DNA from: Catajapyx aquilonaris
Lineage: Eukaryota
DNA length: 64,000 bases
NCBI GenBank assembly: GCA_000934665.2
Contig: KZ538008.1
Location: 62,001 to 126,000 of the forward strand
Direction: 5' to 3'
The notes under the pieces: generated by a model
The model's database searches: none
The model's input: only the letters and a program-made list of their open reading frames with translations
What the model was told of the DNA's origin: nothing
Program-made: the position numbers and the translations under genes
Shown here: positions 27,470 to 39,570 of the stretch, in pieces
Layout: each line of letters begins with the position of its first letter
Numbering within the stretch: position 1 is the stretch's first letter

Positions 27470-29460
27470 AAGTTGGCAATCTCGTCGCCAAGCAAAGCTC
27501 CCCAAAAATATTGATCCCTAGCGTCAGAAGCAATAAAGCACACCTGAAAATTCGGATCCATAATTAAACCATGGAATTAAAGAGGGAATAAATTCGGGGC
27601 CCCAGTGAAACTCCCCGCAGCCAACAAGCCAGGCAAACGCGGTCCCTTTCGCGGGGATTTAAATGAATCCATCCGAAACCCTACACATCTCGGGTCTCCA
27701 AGTGATGTGTATCAGCCCTGATCATCAAAGAGCCGCTTTTTACCCCCCTACGGCTTTCAAGCGGGGGTGGGCAAACCTAGTTTCTTGGTTGCAGAAACTC
27801 CCATCCCTCCCACCCACCCACCCTCTGCTCGCAATTTCTTCCGGAGAACTTGGCATGGCCCCAGAATCCGACCCGGGGAAATTCATCCTCCGGTCTTCAG
27901 ATCACGCGTGGCACGATCTTAATCTTCTCCGCGCCCAGAGGAAATCCTGCAGCAGTTTGAATACCCCCATGCATCCTGAGCGACCCACCCCCACGGCCCA
28001 ATTTTTTGGGGGAGTCGGTGGGAGATGGCTCCAGAGGGGCTTTTTGCCAAAAGGAAAATGCTTGCTGTTGCCAGTGTTTTCCGCTTGATTTGTCCGGTCC
28101 GGCCTACACCGGCCCCGGATTTGTCCCGGATTAATTGGGACGTTGTGACACGAGCAGAGGGAGCTTAAATCTGGCGGCGTGATACACGCTGATTGCACCA
28201 ATGAACGAACGACTATCTGAAACAACGGTGTGTGCATAATGCCAGGCGCTCCGCCATACCCGCCCAATAATTAGCGCTATTAAAAGCGATTAGCGCAATA
28301 AAGAGTAACTTGAGGCTTAAGGAAGCAGGTGCTGCTGTATTTACGCCAATAATTAACAAAATGGGTTTGCCAAGTGCAACTACGCCGTTTAAAAAAAATG
28401 CCATGTGCAGTATCCCATCATTCACGAACAGCTCCCACGCTACAGTATCCTTCAGATGGAAATGGCTCCATTAGACTAAACTTTTGGGAGGAGGAGCTAA
28501 TGGAGGAATCCGGGTGCGACCACTTAAACCTCTCCGGTCCTGCAACACCGGATTTGTCCGAGCCGCCAGACAAGGGTCGTCATTTGCATCGGGGAAAAAG
28601 ACACGCGCCTCGCTATTCAAATGCCTTGGCTTCCACCGGGCTCCTGCTTCTTATTCATCATTCCCAGGCTGCAGCCGGACCTCTTGTGAAAATTACGTGC
28701 AGCCAACTGGCTTGCAATGAACGCCACCCAGCCAATTGTTGGCCTACATCAAGGAAGAGCTGGTAATCAGTGCCCAACCTTGTTGAATAGGATGCTTGGG
28801 GGCTTATCTGGAAGTTTCAGGACACAGTGCAATGCGGGTAGCCGCGTGTCTCACTTTTTTGTTTTTTTTGCCTATACCTATCTGCTGGCATACAGTTCTG
28901 ACCCATCCTGTACTGCGGAGGATCTGGGGGCCACACCACACTCTGCCCAGAGTGTCGGCGAACAGCTCTGGCTCATCCCACGGATTGGGCAGCACTCATA
29001 AACCGTAATTACCCGCCGACAAGCCTACCCCCCTGTCCACCGCTATATGACGTAATGCAGGTTGTGCGGACCTGCGGCTTTTCTACGTGATCATGTCCGC
29101 GGATACGTGTGTAACTGAAATGATGGGTTAATAAATTTGAAACCCGCGCGTAAATTACCCAAGACAGCAACTGGTTGGCATTGTGTACCTGTTCATCATC
29201 CCAATTTTGCCAAGCCACTGACAATGGCCGCGCGCATTATTACACGCGCTTTACTTTTCATAACTCTTCCCTCAATTAATTCCAAACGACCCACAACAGT
29301 TGTAACAAACAGGTGCTGCAACCCGGGACATCTCTCAAACCCTGCTCTTTAAACGAGCGGGTTAACGGTTGCCAAATTAAATGTTTCGAATGGTATGGGT
29401 AATTGGGACCGAGTTTAACCTACACTAGTTAAGTATTTTGTGACGTATTTCGCAGTTTAT
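27470..29460 (+). mobile_element. pol: R14: decayed Ty3/gypsy pol relic RT-RNaseH-integrase
   Basis: ISSPSKAP. SGLQVMCISPDHQRAAFYPP (~SGYHQIRI.PDDREKTAF.TP), QFFG, GLIG. CDHLNL (~TDHKNL), FPG, TAEDLG (~TAGHLG), LWLIP. PTTVVTNR (~P..IVTDR), RV*PTLVKYF. Confidence 0.6.
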
Positions 29461-30189
29461 TATGTGGCACGGAGTAAACATCGGGCATCAAAAATCGGTT
29501 TTGCTGGCCAGGATATTGCGCCGCGCTGGCGCCACAATGGCCGCACCCCCCAAATTACGTCCATTTACTACCGAATATTGTCAAATTTCGTCAAAGCACT
29601 TGGCAAACAAACCTGTCACACGCAACCGGCGTCGAAGATACGTAAGCACTCGACCCGGTTGCATAATGCTCTTGACAAATAGCATGTCAATGAACCCACC
29701 TTCATCCCACCAAAAAAATCGCCGTCTCTCACCACTACATGCAATTTGCTCCCACCAAATGGCCTTATCTCCCGTGCAAATAATTGCCGATAACGCCCAG
29801 ATATAACTCTCCCTTATCTGCCCTTTTGCCGCTTGCTATCTATTTTGATTGTAACAAACGAAGCTGTGGGCGCGTACCCATGCAAAGGAAATTACACTCC
29901 AAAGGGAAGAGCGAGATGGAATAATTAACGCCAACCCCCCTTTTTTTCACCCTTGACAAATCGCGCTGGTCCGACAGCCTTCTAAAAATTTCGGCCCTCC
30001 CATTAATTTCGTCCCGGCGTGTAATTAGCGACTTGTTTAGGTGCTAAATTCAAGTGGGCGTGGGGATATACCATGCTCCGCAAATGAGTCTTGGCGCCGC
30101 AAAATCAGCCCAATTCTGGACCTCGGCAATGGGAGGTGGCCCACGATGTGCAGCATGAACGTCAAGACCACAGGCTATGTCCACCAATC

Positions 30190-32260
30190 ATAAGCTCCTA
30201 AGAGACAAGCGTGCTTTCCTTCCTATAGTGATGGGCTATATTCTCTAGAAAATGTTTTAAAAAATGGGTAAAAGGTAGTGCTTCTAGTGGCTCAACTATT
30301 GAACTATCACTCGAATTCCACAAATAAATAATTGGGCGCCTGTTAGTGTACTTTGTTTTGAAAATTAGCTGAGGTGACCTGTACAGGTTTTGTCCTTCAA
30401 AATATTCGGAGCATGGGCATACTAAAAACATATACGGTAACAAGCACCTAGTACGGCAATTCCCCAAGTCGCTGCTAAACCGCAGCAGCAGAGGCTTTGA
30501 GAAATGTTACGCGGAGTTGGCAAAAGGGCACCGCCGGTCCCTTTAACTCCAAACTTCCTGCCCACCCCATCCACATTCTTGTTTGATCTGTCTTAACAAG
30601 AAACCAAAACGTATCTTCAACTCGGAAGGAACCGCGCCTTTCAAAAATCCTGGGGGTTCTAAAGCTACCTCGTGAAATAACAGCTTGGCAAAAAGAGGAC
30701 AAGTTGATCGCTGGCGCAAGTTAAAAAACAGTGGGGTAGATTTATGGGCTCGACAGGGTGTCGTTTGCAAGCAACACTGAAGCTACTCCATATTCCATGA
30801 ACCCAGGTAGCCCGCTGCAGAAAAACTGTAAAACAACAGCCAGATGGCTTACGGCCAGTGAAAATTTTATTGCCGCACTTCTATACATACCGAAATGGAT
30901 GGCAGGAAATAATGAATGGTCGGCCACTGTTAGCATAATGTTATTAGACTTTCCGGAGCGGTTATTCTGTCTAATTTAACCCCATATTTCCAAATGAATG
31001 GGTCGCATAAAACGCCACTCACACAGGATCCTGAACGTAAAGTCATTAAATGCGAGTGAATGACAGCCAAGAACGGCGTCCAGTTGGCAGCAAATGCCGT
31101 CTGGAGGAGCAAAAAGAGCCGGCTGTAGAGATGCTGGCGACGCGAGATGTGAGAGAGAGATCTTCGGTCAATTTTACAAATGCCGTCGTCTCCAAAAGAG
31201 ATAAACCGCCCCAGCTATTCCCACTGCTAGGATCAAATCCGTCCCCATCCACCGTTAACGACGAGGGGCTCACCTAGGAAAAGGAATATCTCTCTTCTTG
31301 GAACGCTCCCAAGCCAGAAGTAGGAAAATATCTGAAATCCTCCGTGAGGGACAGCAGCGGATCTTCACACGAAACGTTACCAGCAGGCAGAAAGTACATG
31401 GAAATACGTACTGCAGAACTGTGGATGAAGTATCACTAACTCGGTTGGACTGCAGCAAGTTCATTAATTTCCCCTGCCCTTCTTCTCCCCCAGGGCCAGG
31501 GGCCACCCGACACCAGAGCCTCAACAGAATAGCAGCACGTTGCCCCGAGCCTCCCATTTCTCCATTTGTGCGGAAGAACAGACGTATCAGCATGAATAAC
31601 GGACATAACTGTGCTCTGAACCGTGAGCCAGGGTCCTGAAGGCTAACAAAAAAATACAACTCTTTGATACCTACTATGCAAGCCTGCAACAAACGCGGCC
31701 CATCTTGCACACTGCTAGAATTTTAATCATATACACATTAGCTGAGCAGCCATCACTGCATTCAGCTGCATTGTTGGCTTGGTCCAGCCATTATAGGCGC
31801 AGGATGTCCTGTAAGCCTAAGATACAGCTACAGTGTTATGTAAAACTGCTTGGAAAGCTTCACTTCCAGCAAGACCAGAAACCCGAGGATAAGGGCTGGG
31901 TCCTGACAGTTTTCCATGCCATTTGGGCGCATAGCAGGGGCCTCAACAAAGCACTCGCGGCTATCTACCCCCAACGAGCTGCCATTTCCAGTTGCACACG
32001 ATAAACACAAGGTCCACTACTACACTGTTTCCTGACATGAGTTTCGCGACGTTTCGTTTGCTGAATGGGGCTCGCCAACGGGCCTAATGAAGTTAAATGC
32101 TCCTGACAGGGCGGCTGCTACGACACTCGGCCCACGTGAGCAACCTTATGAATGTTAAACAGGGCAGAGTTGAAACCCGCCTCACTTGCACCAAGAGGCA
32201 GATGTTTCCGAGCGTGCCCAGCATATTTTTCCCCGTGTCACAAAAACCGCGTCCAGAGAA
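30190..32260 (-). mobile_element. pol: R15: decayed Ty3/gypsy pol relic RT-RNaseH-integrase
   Basis: VFVTRGK, MRPNGMEN (~MPFGLKN), AY/DIL at ~31810. ACIVGIKELYF (~KC.FGVKEL.F), LTVDG..G..AFVKLT, TVADHSL, MEY..NDTLS. EALP..FLENIAHHY..LVS (~EA.P..F.ENI..RYG.P..LVSD). Confidence 0.55.
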
Positions 32261-33369
32261 CTCCCCCCCAAAAAGAGGCGATTTCCAGCTAATGAAGATT
32301 AATCCCGCCGTGTACTACAATCGTGCAATTCCAGATTCATCCCGGCCCCGGTCGTACTATTTGCTTCCCAGGCCTCCCGACTACGTGCGCAGAATTCCGG
32401 CAGGCACTTCCCAAGAAACAATCTGGCTAATTGTGGGGCACTTTCCAGTATTAGAGATTGAACCCGAGTGATCTTAGCCCGAGGAAGGGCAATACTCTCA
32501 CGGTATAATGATCTGGGTGTATCATCGCTTTGCCAATTGGTATGCAGCAAAAACCCATATAAATTAATAAGGCAACACCTCAGAAAAAAAGCGCAGGCAC
32601 GATTTTAATGTAAGTTCAACGGTCCTTTAAGTATGGAGGCTGGGCTGAAGCCAAATGGCGACGGTTAAGAGCTCCCTAAAGATTATGTGCAACTGCCTTC
32701 CTCCCGGTCCCCTGCAGAATTGGACGGGACAGTATCTCGTTATGGCAAAAGATCCGTCCCAGTCCCAGGAGGGGGTCCTCAATTACCGTATTATGTGGCG
32801 CCCCTTTCCTCAAGCGATATTAAAACACGCCCCGGATTTCATGATCCCCCTCCCTTCGCCATGACGACTCCTTAACGGAGCCTGGTAATGAGACGTAATT
32901 CACTCGCACTTGATTCCCACGACATGTCTTTCCTTTCACGGTTCGGCACATGGCTTTTTGACGGCCCCATTTCCCCCAACCCAAGGTTTCGACGGTCTCC
33001 GGGTTAGGTTTTGCACGTCCGTGTAATCAAGTGCTCCCGATGACATTTTGTCGCCCGGATTTGGGGGTGCGGCGAATCTGGGCAGGTGATAGGTTGAAAT
33101 CTCCTTCTTGCAGCTTCTCGGCGGTGGTAATGAGAGCGTTTGCAAGTCCGCACGGAAAGCGTACCAGCCCATCTAGCAAACTTTCCTGGCGAACAAACTA
33201 ATTTCAGGGGAGCCTCGGGCGTCTGCCTAAATTTCCACCGATGAATGATAAAGGGAAAGGGCCCGCAGCGCTGCCCCGGAATTTTGGTAGGATAAGGAAG
33301 GAGACGAATTGGGAGGGTTGGTTTAAAGAGAAGCTGGAGGTAAGAAAAAAAGAGAGAAGCTGTTAGCTA

Positions 33370-34980
33370 AGCTTCAATGCTCCACGCTTCCGACTCGTGA
33401 CGAACCCCCATTAACACTGCTTAAATGCCTTGTGCTGTGCCTACACCTTGTTTCTTCACTACCCTAATGTGCCTAATCTGAAAACTTGGGGGCAAATATG
33501 GAAGTTAGCTGACTGTGACAGCCTCGAAGAAAGCTTATCCACAATCCAAGTGTTCTTCGACCACGACCCTGATTGACCCTGCAGGAGAATGCTCTTGGAA
33601 ATCTGAGCAGGATTATTGTACAATTTCAGAGCCACTTTTGGCACAACCCTCCTGCAGAATGTATTGGACAATATTCTCCAGCACGAGAGGGCAAGTGTAA
33701 CAGGTCTCCGACTATTTCGGCCTCGGCTCCTAACTCTGTGCCATCTTCATCTCCCCCGGCAACAGCTCAAGTTTCTTCCTCCTTGCGCAAATTGACCTGG
33801 ATATGTATCACAGCTTGTGTATTATTGGGTTAGCAAGCCCCAACGGCTAATTAAGAGTCTGCACGGCGTTCCATTTTGGTGGACTGCAGCTCCAGGCGGC
33901 GGGATCACACGAGAGATTTAGCTACTTAGAACAGCAAGCATGAACCATGGAAATCAACCTTAACTTCCTGCAAAGGCCGGCTCCTTAATTGCCAAATGCT
34001 GTGGGAGCCAACGAAACAGAGCCGATTGTGGCCAAACCCCCTTTTCCAGGGAGCTGGTTGAAGAAGGTTAACTCTGGGATGGGCCTGCTTGTTTTCAGCC
34101 TAATTAACCCGACCCGGACCCCCACACCTGCATGTGAATCCCCAAACTGGTCCTGCTCTACCGGTATGTGGTAGCTGACGCCGACCCTACCGCGGATGGT
34201 ATCCAGTGCAGTGCACAGTTCATTTAAACAAGTGCGGCCACTGCAATGGCAGGTTATGCCACGGCGGCCAACCAGCAATCCCCAATCTGTTAAATTATGT
34301 TACAGTACGATCACGGGCATGTATGCATTGGATATCTGGGCATGGTATCGCCTCAGGTCTTTTTCAGGCTTGACGTTTACAATAAGCATTTAATTCAGCT
34401 TATGACATAAAACGCTAAAAGGTTGCCGAGATAATTATCTGCGTTCTATTAAATAATTTAAGTACCTTGCATCTCAGAGGCGTCCTCCTTTCATCCTGGA
34501 CAGCCCACCAACATTGCGCCTCTCTTGTTCACCACATTGCCTTACTGCAAGGGGCTAGAATCGACACAAAAACCAGTTCCCCAGGAAAATTCTGCCACAG
34601 CAGGCAAAAAAGCAAATACGTCACAGATACGGCAATAATAGAATTATGCGCATCTGGTGTGAAGAAGATATCCAGCTGATGGGCATTTCCCGCAACAGCG
34701 TTTTGCTGGTGGCCAAACCTTTTAAGACAGGAGAAATAATTGCAATGCTTTCAACCCGAGGTTGACTGCCGGCAAAAAAATTCCTCGTCACAAAATCGAA
34801 GCAGCTGCCGGATTTTCCGCAAGTTTTCATAGCCTTACGGCAATGCAAGTCGTATATTTCCAAGACGGGGCTATACCGAGTGCTCGTAGATGATTCAACC
34901 GAAAACAACGAGATGAAGGCAGGGGAAAAACTCGCGCTTAAATATGCATGCAAAGTGCTTTTTCTCCATGGTTCGAACTC
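33370..34980 (-). mobile_element. pol: R16: decayed Ty3/gypsy pol relic PR-RT-RNaseH start
   Basis: HAYLSASFSPAFIS (~ALIDSGAS..FIS), LLRE, HKLN*MLIVNVKP (~RKLN..TI.N.YP). TALDTIRG..YHIPVEQDQ (~TTLDL.SGYHQIPV.EED). ISMVH..CSK at ~33940 (~VYMDD..YSK), FCRRVVPKVA, GI*AVLM. Confidence 0.6.
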
Positions 34981-35499
34981 GGGAGGCTGGATACATATCT
35001 CCCTTGCTTCCTTGCCAACCTCCATTATGCGCTCACCCTTGACAAATTCGGCTTCCCAGACAAACGCGCCCCAAACTAAGCCTGGTTAAGATGAGGCCAC
35101 CTCCATCTTTCATGCACTCGCTGGGGTAAATTATGAAATACTGGGAGGCCACCAGGCGATCGTTTGCTGCACTCGCTAATTGCGGAACACTATTAGGCCT
35201 CTCCTTTTTTATTCCGTTGTAGACGCTGTGAAGGCAGGCAGCCAGCATGTAATTACCCCGCTACTTATCTAATAAGGCTGTAACTCTGTGTTCCTTCCGT
35301 GGTTTTCTCCCAAGCTCCAAAAGTACCCTTAACTAAGGAAACGGCGGGCGAATCCCTCAAGAATAGGAGATGTATGGGCCCCAGGCCAGGCGAAAGTGTT
35401 AGCGGAATTTGAATAAATTTAATTACCTACTTTGCTCCCATGGACAACTCTAGTTCATTCCTCAGGCTGGATTTTTCCTTTTAACAGTTCTGGGAGGCC

Positions 35500-36210
35500 T
35501 TCTCGTCAGTCTTTAGTCCCCACAATAGACCAGAATATCAAGATATTCACATGTGAAACATTCAATAGCCTAATGACCTACCACAATTTAAATTTTCGAT
35601 CGAATTTTTGGCCCGAAGTCCAATCAACACTAATTGGCAAATCACAACCACAACAACGGTCGTGTGAACCCCATGCCAATTTCCGCCCCCACCCAACCCC
35701 TCTGGTGTCCACAACCATCCAAAATTTCCCCCCACCCCGCGTGGAAATCTTGTGCGCAAATATCGACTGGGAGAAACTGAGATTGCATTGGGGCGGTCAG
35801 TGCGGAAAAGCAGGTGGTGCCTTCCCAAGCGCCACCCCATCTAGATGGAAATCTCAGGGCCTGGAAATGGAATCCTTCCCTGGGTCCTAGAACCTTGCAC
35901 CCAGCCTTCTGGGATCCTCTGTACCCCTACCAGATAGCCTATTTGGTGCGGGTTGGTCGCCAGGGAAAGGCCTGGCCAGCCCACACTTGTTCGATAGGCC
36001 AGTCACCTTCTTTTCTATCGACCTCTTTTTTTTATATGTATAAATGAAACCACCAGGGGCTCAAATGCAGCTAATCGGATAGTTGGGTCGGTTTTAGTTA
36101 CATTACCAGGCTGCTAACGGTTAGTGAAACTTTTCCCTGTAGGCGCATGAATTCATTTCAAGTGGACATACTGGTTCTCTTTACTGGCAGTATGCTTCCG
36201 TTATGGTGGG
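35500..36210 (+). mobile_element. pol: R17: decayed Ty3/gypsy integrase relic
   Basis: LVP..KI..E..TYHNL..FWPEV..RSCE (zinc-binding domain), P..CS/ (~P..I.SDRG), ANG/LVK (~ANGLVE), WTYWFSL (~W..WLPL). Confidence 0.6.
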
Positions 36211-36923
36211 CATTACGTGCAACACCAGGGACTTACCGAAAGGCGGTTGACCCCATCAAATTAAGTGGGTAAGGATCGAAAACATGCCGTAATTGATGAA
36301 TTGTATTACTGGGACAGCTGTATGTCCAACTGTCACTCGACCGAACAAACATCTTGCCTTTTATCAAAGCGAACATCTCTTCACAGAAGGGTCACTATGG
36401 ATTGGTTTTTCAACGTTATACCACCTCTTCAGTTCGATTGCCTCACTTTTTACATTACACATTAAACAAACCACCTCTTTAAAATAAAGCATCACTTCAC
36501 ATTTCCATTCTCATCTCGTGATAACAGATTATAACCTCATTAATCAGCTATCCCATCGCATAAACCCCTTCCCGAGCCAATAACAATTTGGCCTAAAAGG
36601 TGACTCTGATCTTCCCAAAACTCCTCCAACTCTCCACTCCCTAATCAGCTGCCAATTTGCAGTAATTCTATTAGCCAAACCCCACAAAAAACCTGGGGGT
36701 AAAAAAAGCCACTCGTGTCAGAGCCTGACGACTCCTGTCCTTTATCGCGAGTCAACCGAGCAGCTGCCTCGCCTATTTATCACGCAGCTCACACAGGCGT
36801 CATTTGGAGTAACGAGGGGGGTTAGTTGCCACGTGGAACATGTTCCCTTCCGATCGGTTGCCTATCGGAGCCCGTGATGGCCGTCGCTCACACGCATCCA
36901 AGCGTCTTCGGCAGTCGGGCTCG

Positions 36924-37104
36924 TTTCACGACTAAATAACTCACGCGTAACATCGCATACTAATACAAGGGGGGCACCGTCGCCGTCTTATTTCGATGAC
37001 TTTGTCCATGTTTCACGACCGAATAACTCCGGGCGTGCTGATACGCCGCTGTCGGTACCTTTTTCACGACCAAATAATTCCTGCATACCGATACGGCGCC
37101 GGTA
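36924..37104 (+). repeat. Three degenerate direct repeats with core TTTCACGACYRAATAAYTC
   Basis: Copies start at 36924, 37011 and 37062. Similarity continues past the core (GCATACTAATAC / GCGTGCTGATAC / GCATACCGATAC). Copies 2 and 3 form a 51-bp tandem duplication. Confidence 0.8.
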
Positions 37105-37559
37105 GGTCAATCTCGCACGAAAGGTGGAAGGTGACTTTGGACAGAGACGTAAAGGGTGATGGAACCCGGAGCTTACGCCCCATTGACCACGCCCGCCGCA
37201 TGGGGATGGCTTCTTCCTTCTACCTTATGGTCTATCTGCATGCATATGCGATTAAGGTGGAGCAGGGAAAGGAACCTACACCGAAATCCACTCCCCGGAC
37301 CTGTATTGAGAGATCCCAAGCTTCCCTGAATGAATTATGAGGCCTGCCTCTGCCATCACAACTCCTACATCGATGCCCTCCGGAGAAAGAAAAAAAAAGT
37401 CGGGTGCTGGGGGGTGGACAAATTTGACATCTTGATGAAAAAGTCAGACGTAGCCGGCACTAACCCGGTTCCTTGCGGTCGTCGCCTCCGATTCGCTGCT
37501 TTATTAATCCAGGCGATGCCCATGCATATTCCCGGGTCACATAAACGGCTGTCCAATTC

Positions 37560-39570
37560 CCATAGTGTTGAACACTTCGCAAAATTTATGCTTGTAGCCC
37601 CCAACGCGAGTGGCGTGTACAACACATCAACTTGTAGGGGATGCTCGGCAGTCGATGGGATTCCCAAAGACCGTGGGGAAAGAATCAATCAACGTTGACA
37701 GTTAATAAAGCGGATTCGTACCGTGCTCTTGCCCTCGCTCAATCTCAAAAAGAGTAAATGTGAAGCAATTAGAGGGCGCTGGAGCAAGAGGCTGATTACG
37801 TGGCAGCAGTCTTCATCGATCTATCAGAGGAGGGCATAGGAACAAGCTTAGCGTTCCTCCTTCCATCGTCATTTTAAAGAGGCGCCAATTTACGAGAAAG
37901 TGTGCCCGGATTCCTCTTCGACCACTCGGCAGCAAATATGGAGTATCTTTAACGAGCTCCTATTCTCTGCTGCCTCTTATATTGATGGATCGATCCCATC
38001 GAAACATCTCCGCCAGGATTGCCCCCTTCTTAATGATATCAATTGCCAACCATTAGGTATCGTTAACCGATTCTTACAAAACGGTTTATTGCAGGCTGAT
38101 TGAACAAATGTTCCGTCTCTGGCAGACGGCCTTATGCAGCCAGCGAATTCTAGAAGTCAGCATATAACGAATAGATTGAATACGGTTCAATACCCTGCAG
38201 TACATGGAAGGAAAATTAAATTAAAGCGATAGTCGCTAGCACTGGATTGACCTGCATGTTCACTCTCCCAGTGAAAATGAGTGAACAACGAGCACGGTCA
38301 GCAGCGGGAATATGCAAATAAATACTGCGTATACAAATAAACGAGGCCTGAGGATTTCCTATGTGGAACGGCGTTTGCACCAAACTACCCAGACTGGCAT
38401 TATACCCTGGCAGAAAATACCCAACCTGTGTGGCTATAGCCTATCCAAAAAGCAACCGGGAGGATTAGCCCCTCCCGCAACTTTCATCTTGGGTGAAAAT
38501 CCCCCAGATATTGCTCCCGCGCACCCGGCACGCAATTACCTCCGGATGATCTCCCCAGCACAAAAAAAACTTTCCTCCCCAAAAAAAGAGTATTGATAGC
38601 CAGGTTGGGAAATTTCCCCAAGGGCCGCTCAGCAGTATACCTTATAACTTTCACTCCATTGTTGTCGAGGCCTGCCGGAGACACGTCTCACTATCACTCA
38701 AACCACAGGCACTAATTCCGGTGACACTCGAGTGCTGCACGTTCACTAGGAACCATAGGAGGATATTGTGTAGGAAGACGCTGGATGGGACTTTCTTATG
38801 GGGGGGTCTCCCTGCCAGAGCGTTCGGGAGGCCACTGCCATTGGAAACTGGGCGCCGAGGACGCCCCGGCGCCGCCATTGGCAGTGGACCACGCCTGCGC
38901 CGCCTCATCCCAACCCCCTCCCTAAAGCCTCTGACTCTTCCGAGTACATGCCCGTTCTTCAAGCAGGTCAACGTCACATCCGAGCTTAAGAAATGACATG
39001 AGCATGTCATTTGCAACTCACCAGGGAGGAGCTCACAAAAAGTCCTTTGCGTTCATCAGGTCGTGTTAACTCAATACCCGTTCCTAAGTGGCATTGTGCA
39101 ATTAAGCTACCTGCTGCAGAACACTGCAACGCATTCGTCAGGTGCCGGATTTCCACTGGAAGAAGTGAAATGACATGGAAACAAGGGCTTTTTTGCTGGG
39201 ATGCCCGTTTAGCCTCAGAGGCAGATTACCAAGAGCAGGGTGTGGACAGCGACGCTGAACAAACATAACGAAATACCTTCCCCACCATGAAATATTTCGG
39301 AGCGCTTTTGCGGGGACCCGTTTGCAACGAAGCCGAGAGTTATTGTACTCTTTTGGAGCCAGGGATAAGCTGGAGAATAATATGCTTTGGTCTGAAATGT
39401 AAAGGAAATCTATGGTATATATACGCCACTGAAGATGAAAACGGCAGGAGTCCAATGAAAATCCATCCGAGCATTTTTGCTCTCCTCGCACGACCTATGA
39501 CGCCTAACGAAAGGCTTCAATTTGAAAAATTCGTGTTAAACGACCCTTAGATTGGACTAATTCCCAGAAC
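37560..39570 (+). mobile_element. pol: R18: decayed Ty3/gypsy pol relic RT-RNaseH-integrase
   Basis: MLV..G..CRG, KDR..RINQ, VDS**SGF. SYIDG, with YIDG at 37978-37989 (~AYIDD), VNRFLQNGL, NKC. SNHRH (~TDHR), RRWM, VPK..EH..G..T..FCW..DY, PGISWRII, GNLWYI. Confidence 0.65.

Noticed and set aside
28087..28565. Small repeated word GATTTGTCC / CCGGTCC..CACCGG at ~28090, ~28118 and ~28540
   Set aside because: It is short, imperfect and inside R14, and cannot be distinguished from local duplication or chance.
31705..32004. MULE/Mutator transposase-like words (EDKGWVLTVF, GLNKALAAIYPQ) in a + strand ORF
   Set aside because: The catalytic Asp and motif spacing are missing and no TIRs were seen. The minus strand here reads as the RT core of R15, colinear with its RNaseH and integrase.
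34960..34990. GGTTCGAA tRNA B-box-like word (also at ~61281)
   Set aside because: No T-stem pairing, A-box or cloverleaf could be built around either site.
36924..37104. CRISPR interpretation of the three spaced repeats
   Set aside because: There are only three degenerate copies with unequal spacing, the intervening sequences resemble each other, no cas genes are present, and the context is eukaryotic retroelement DNA.
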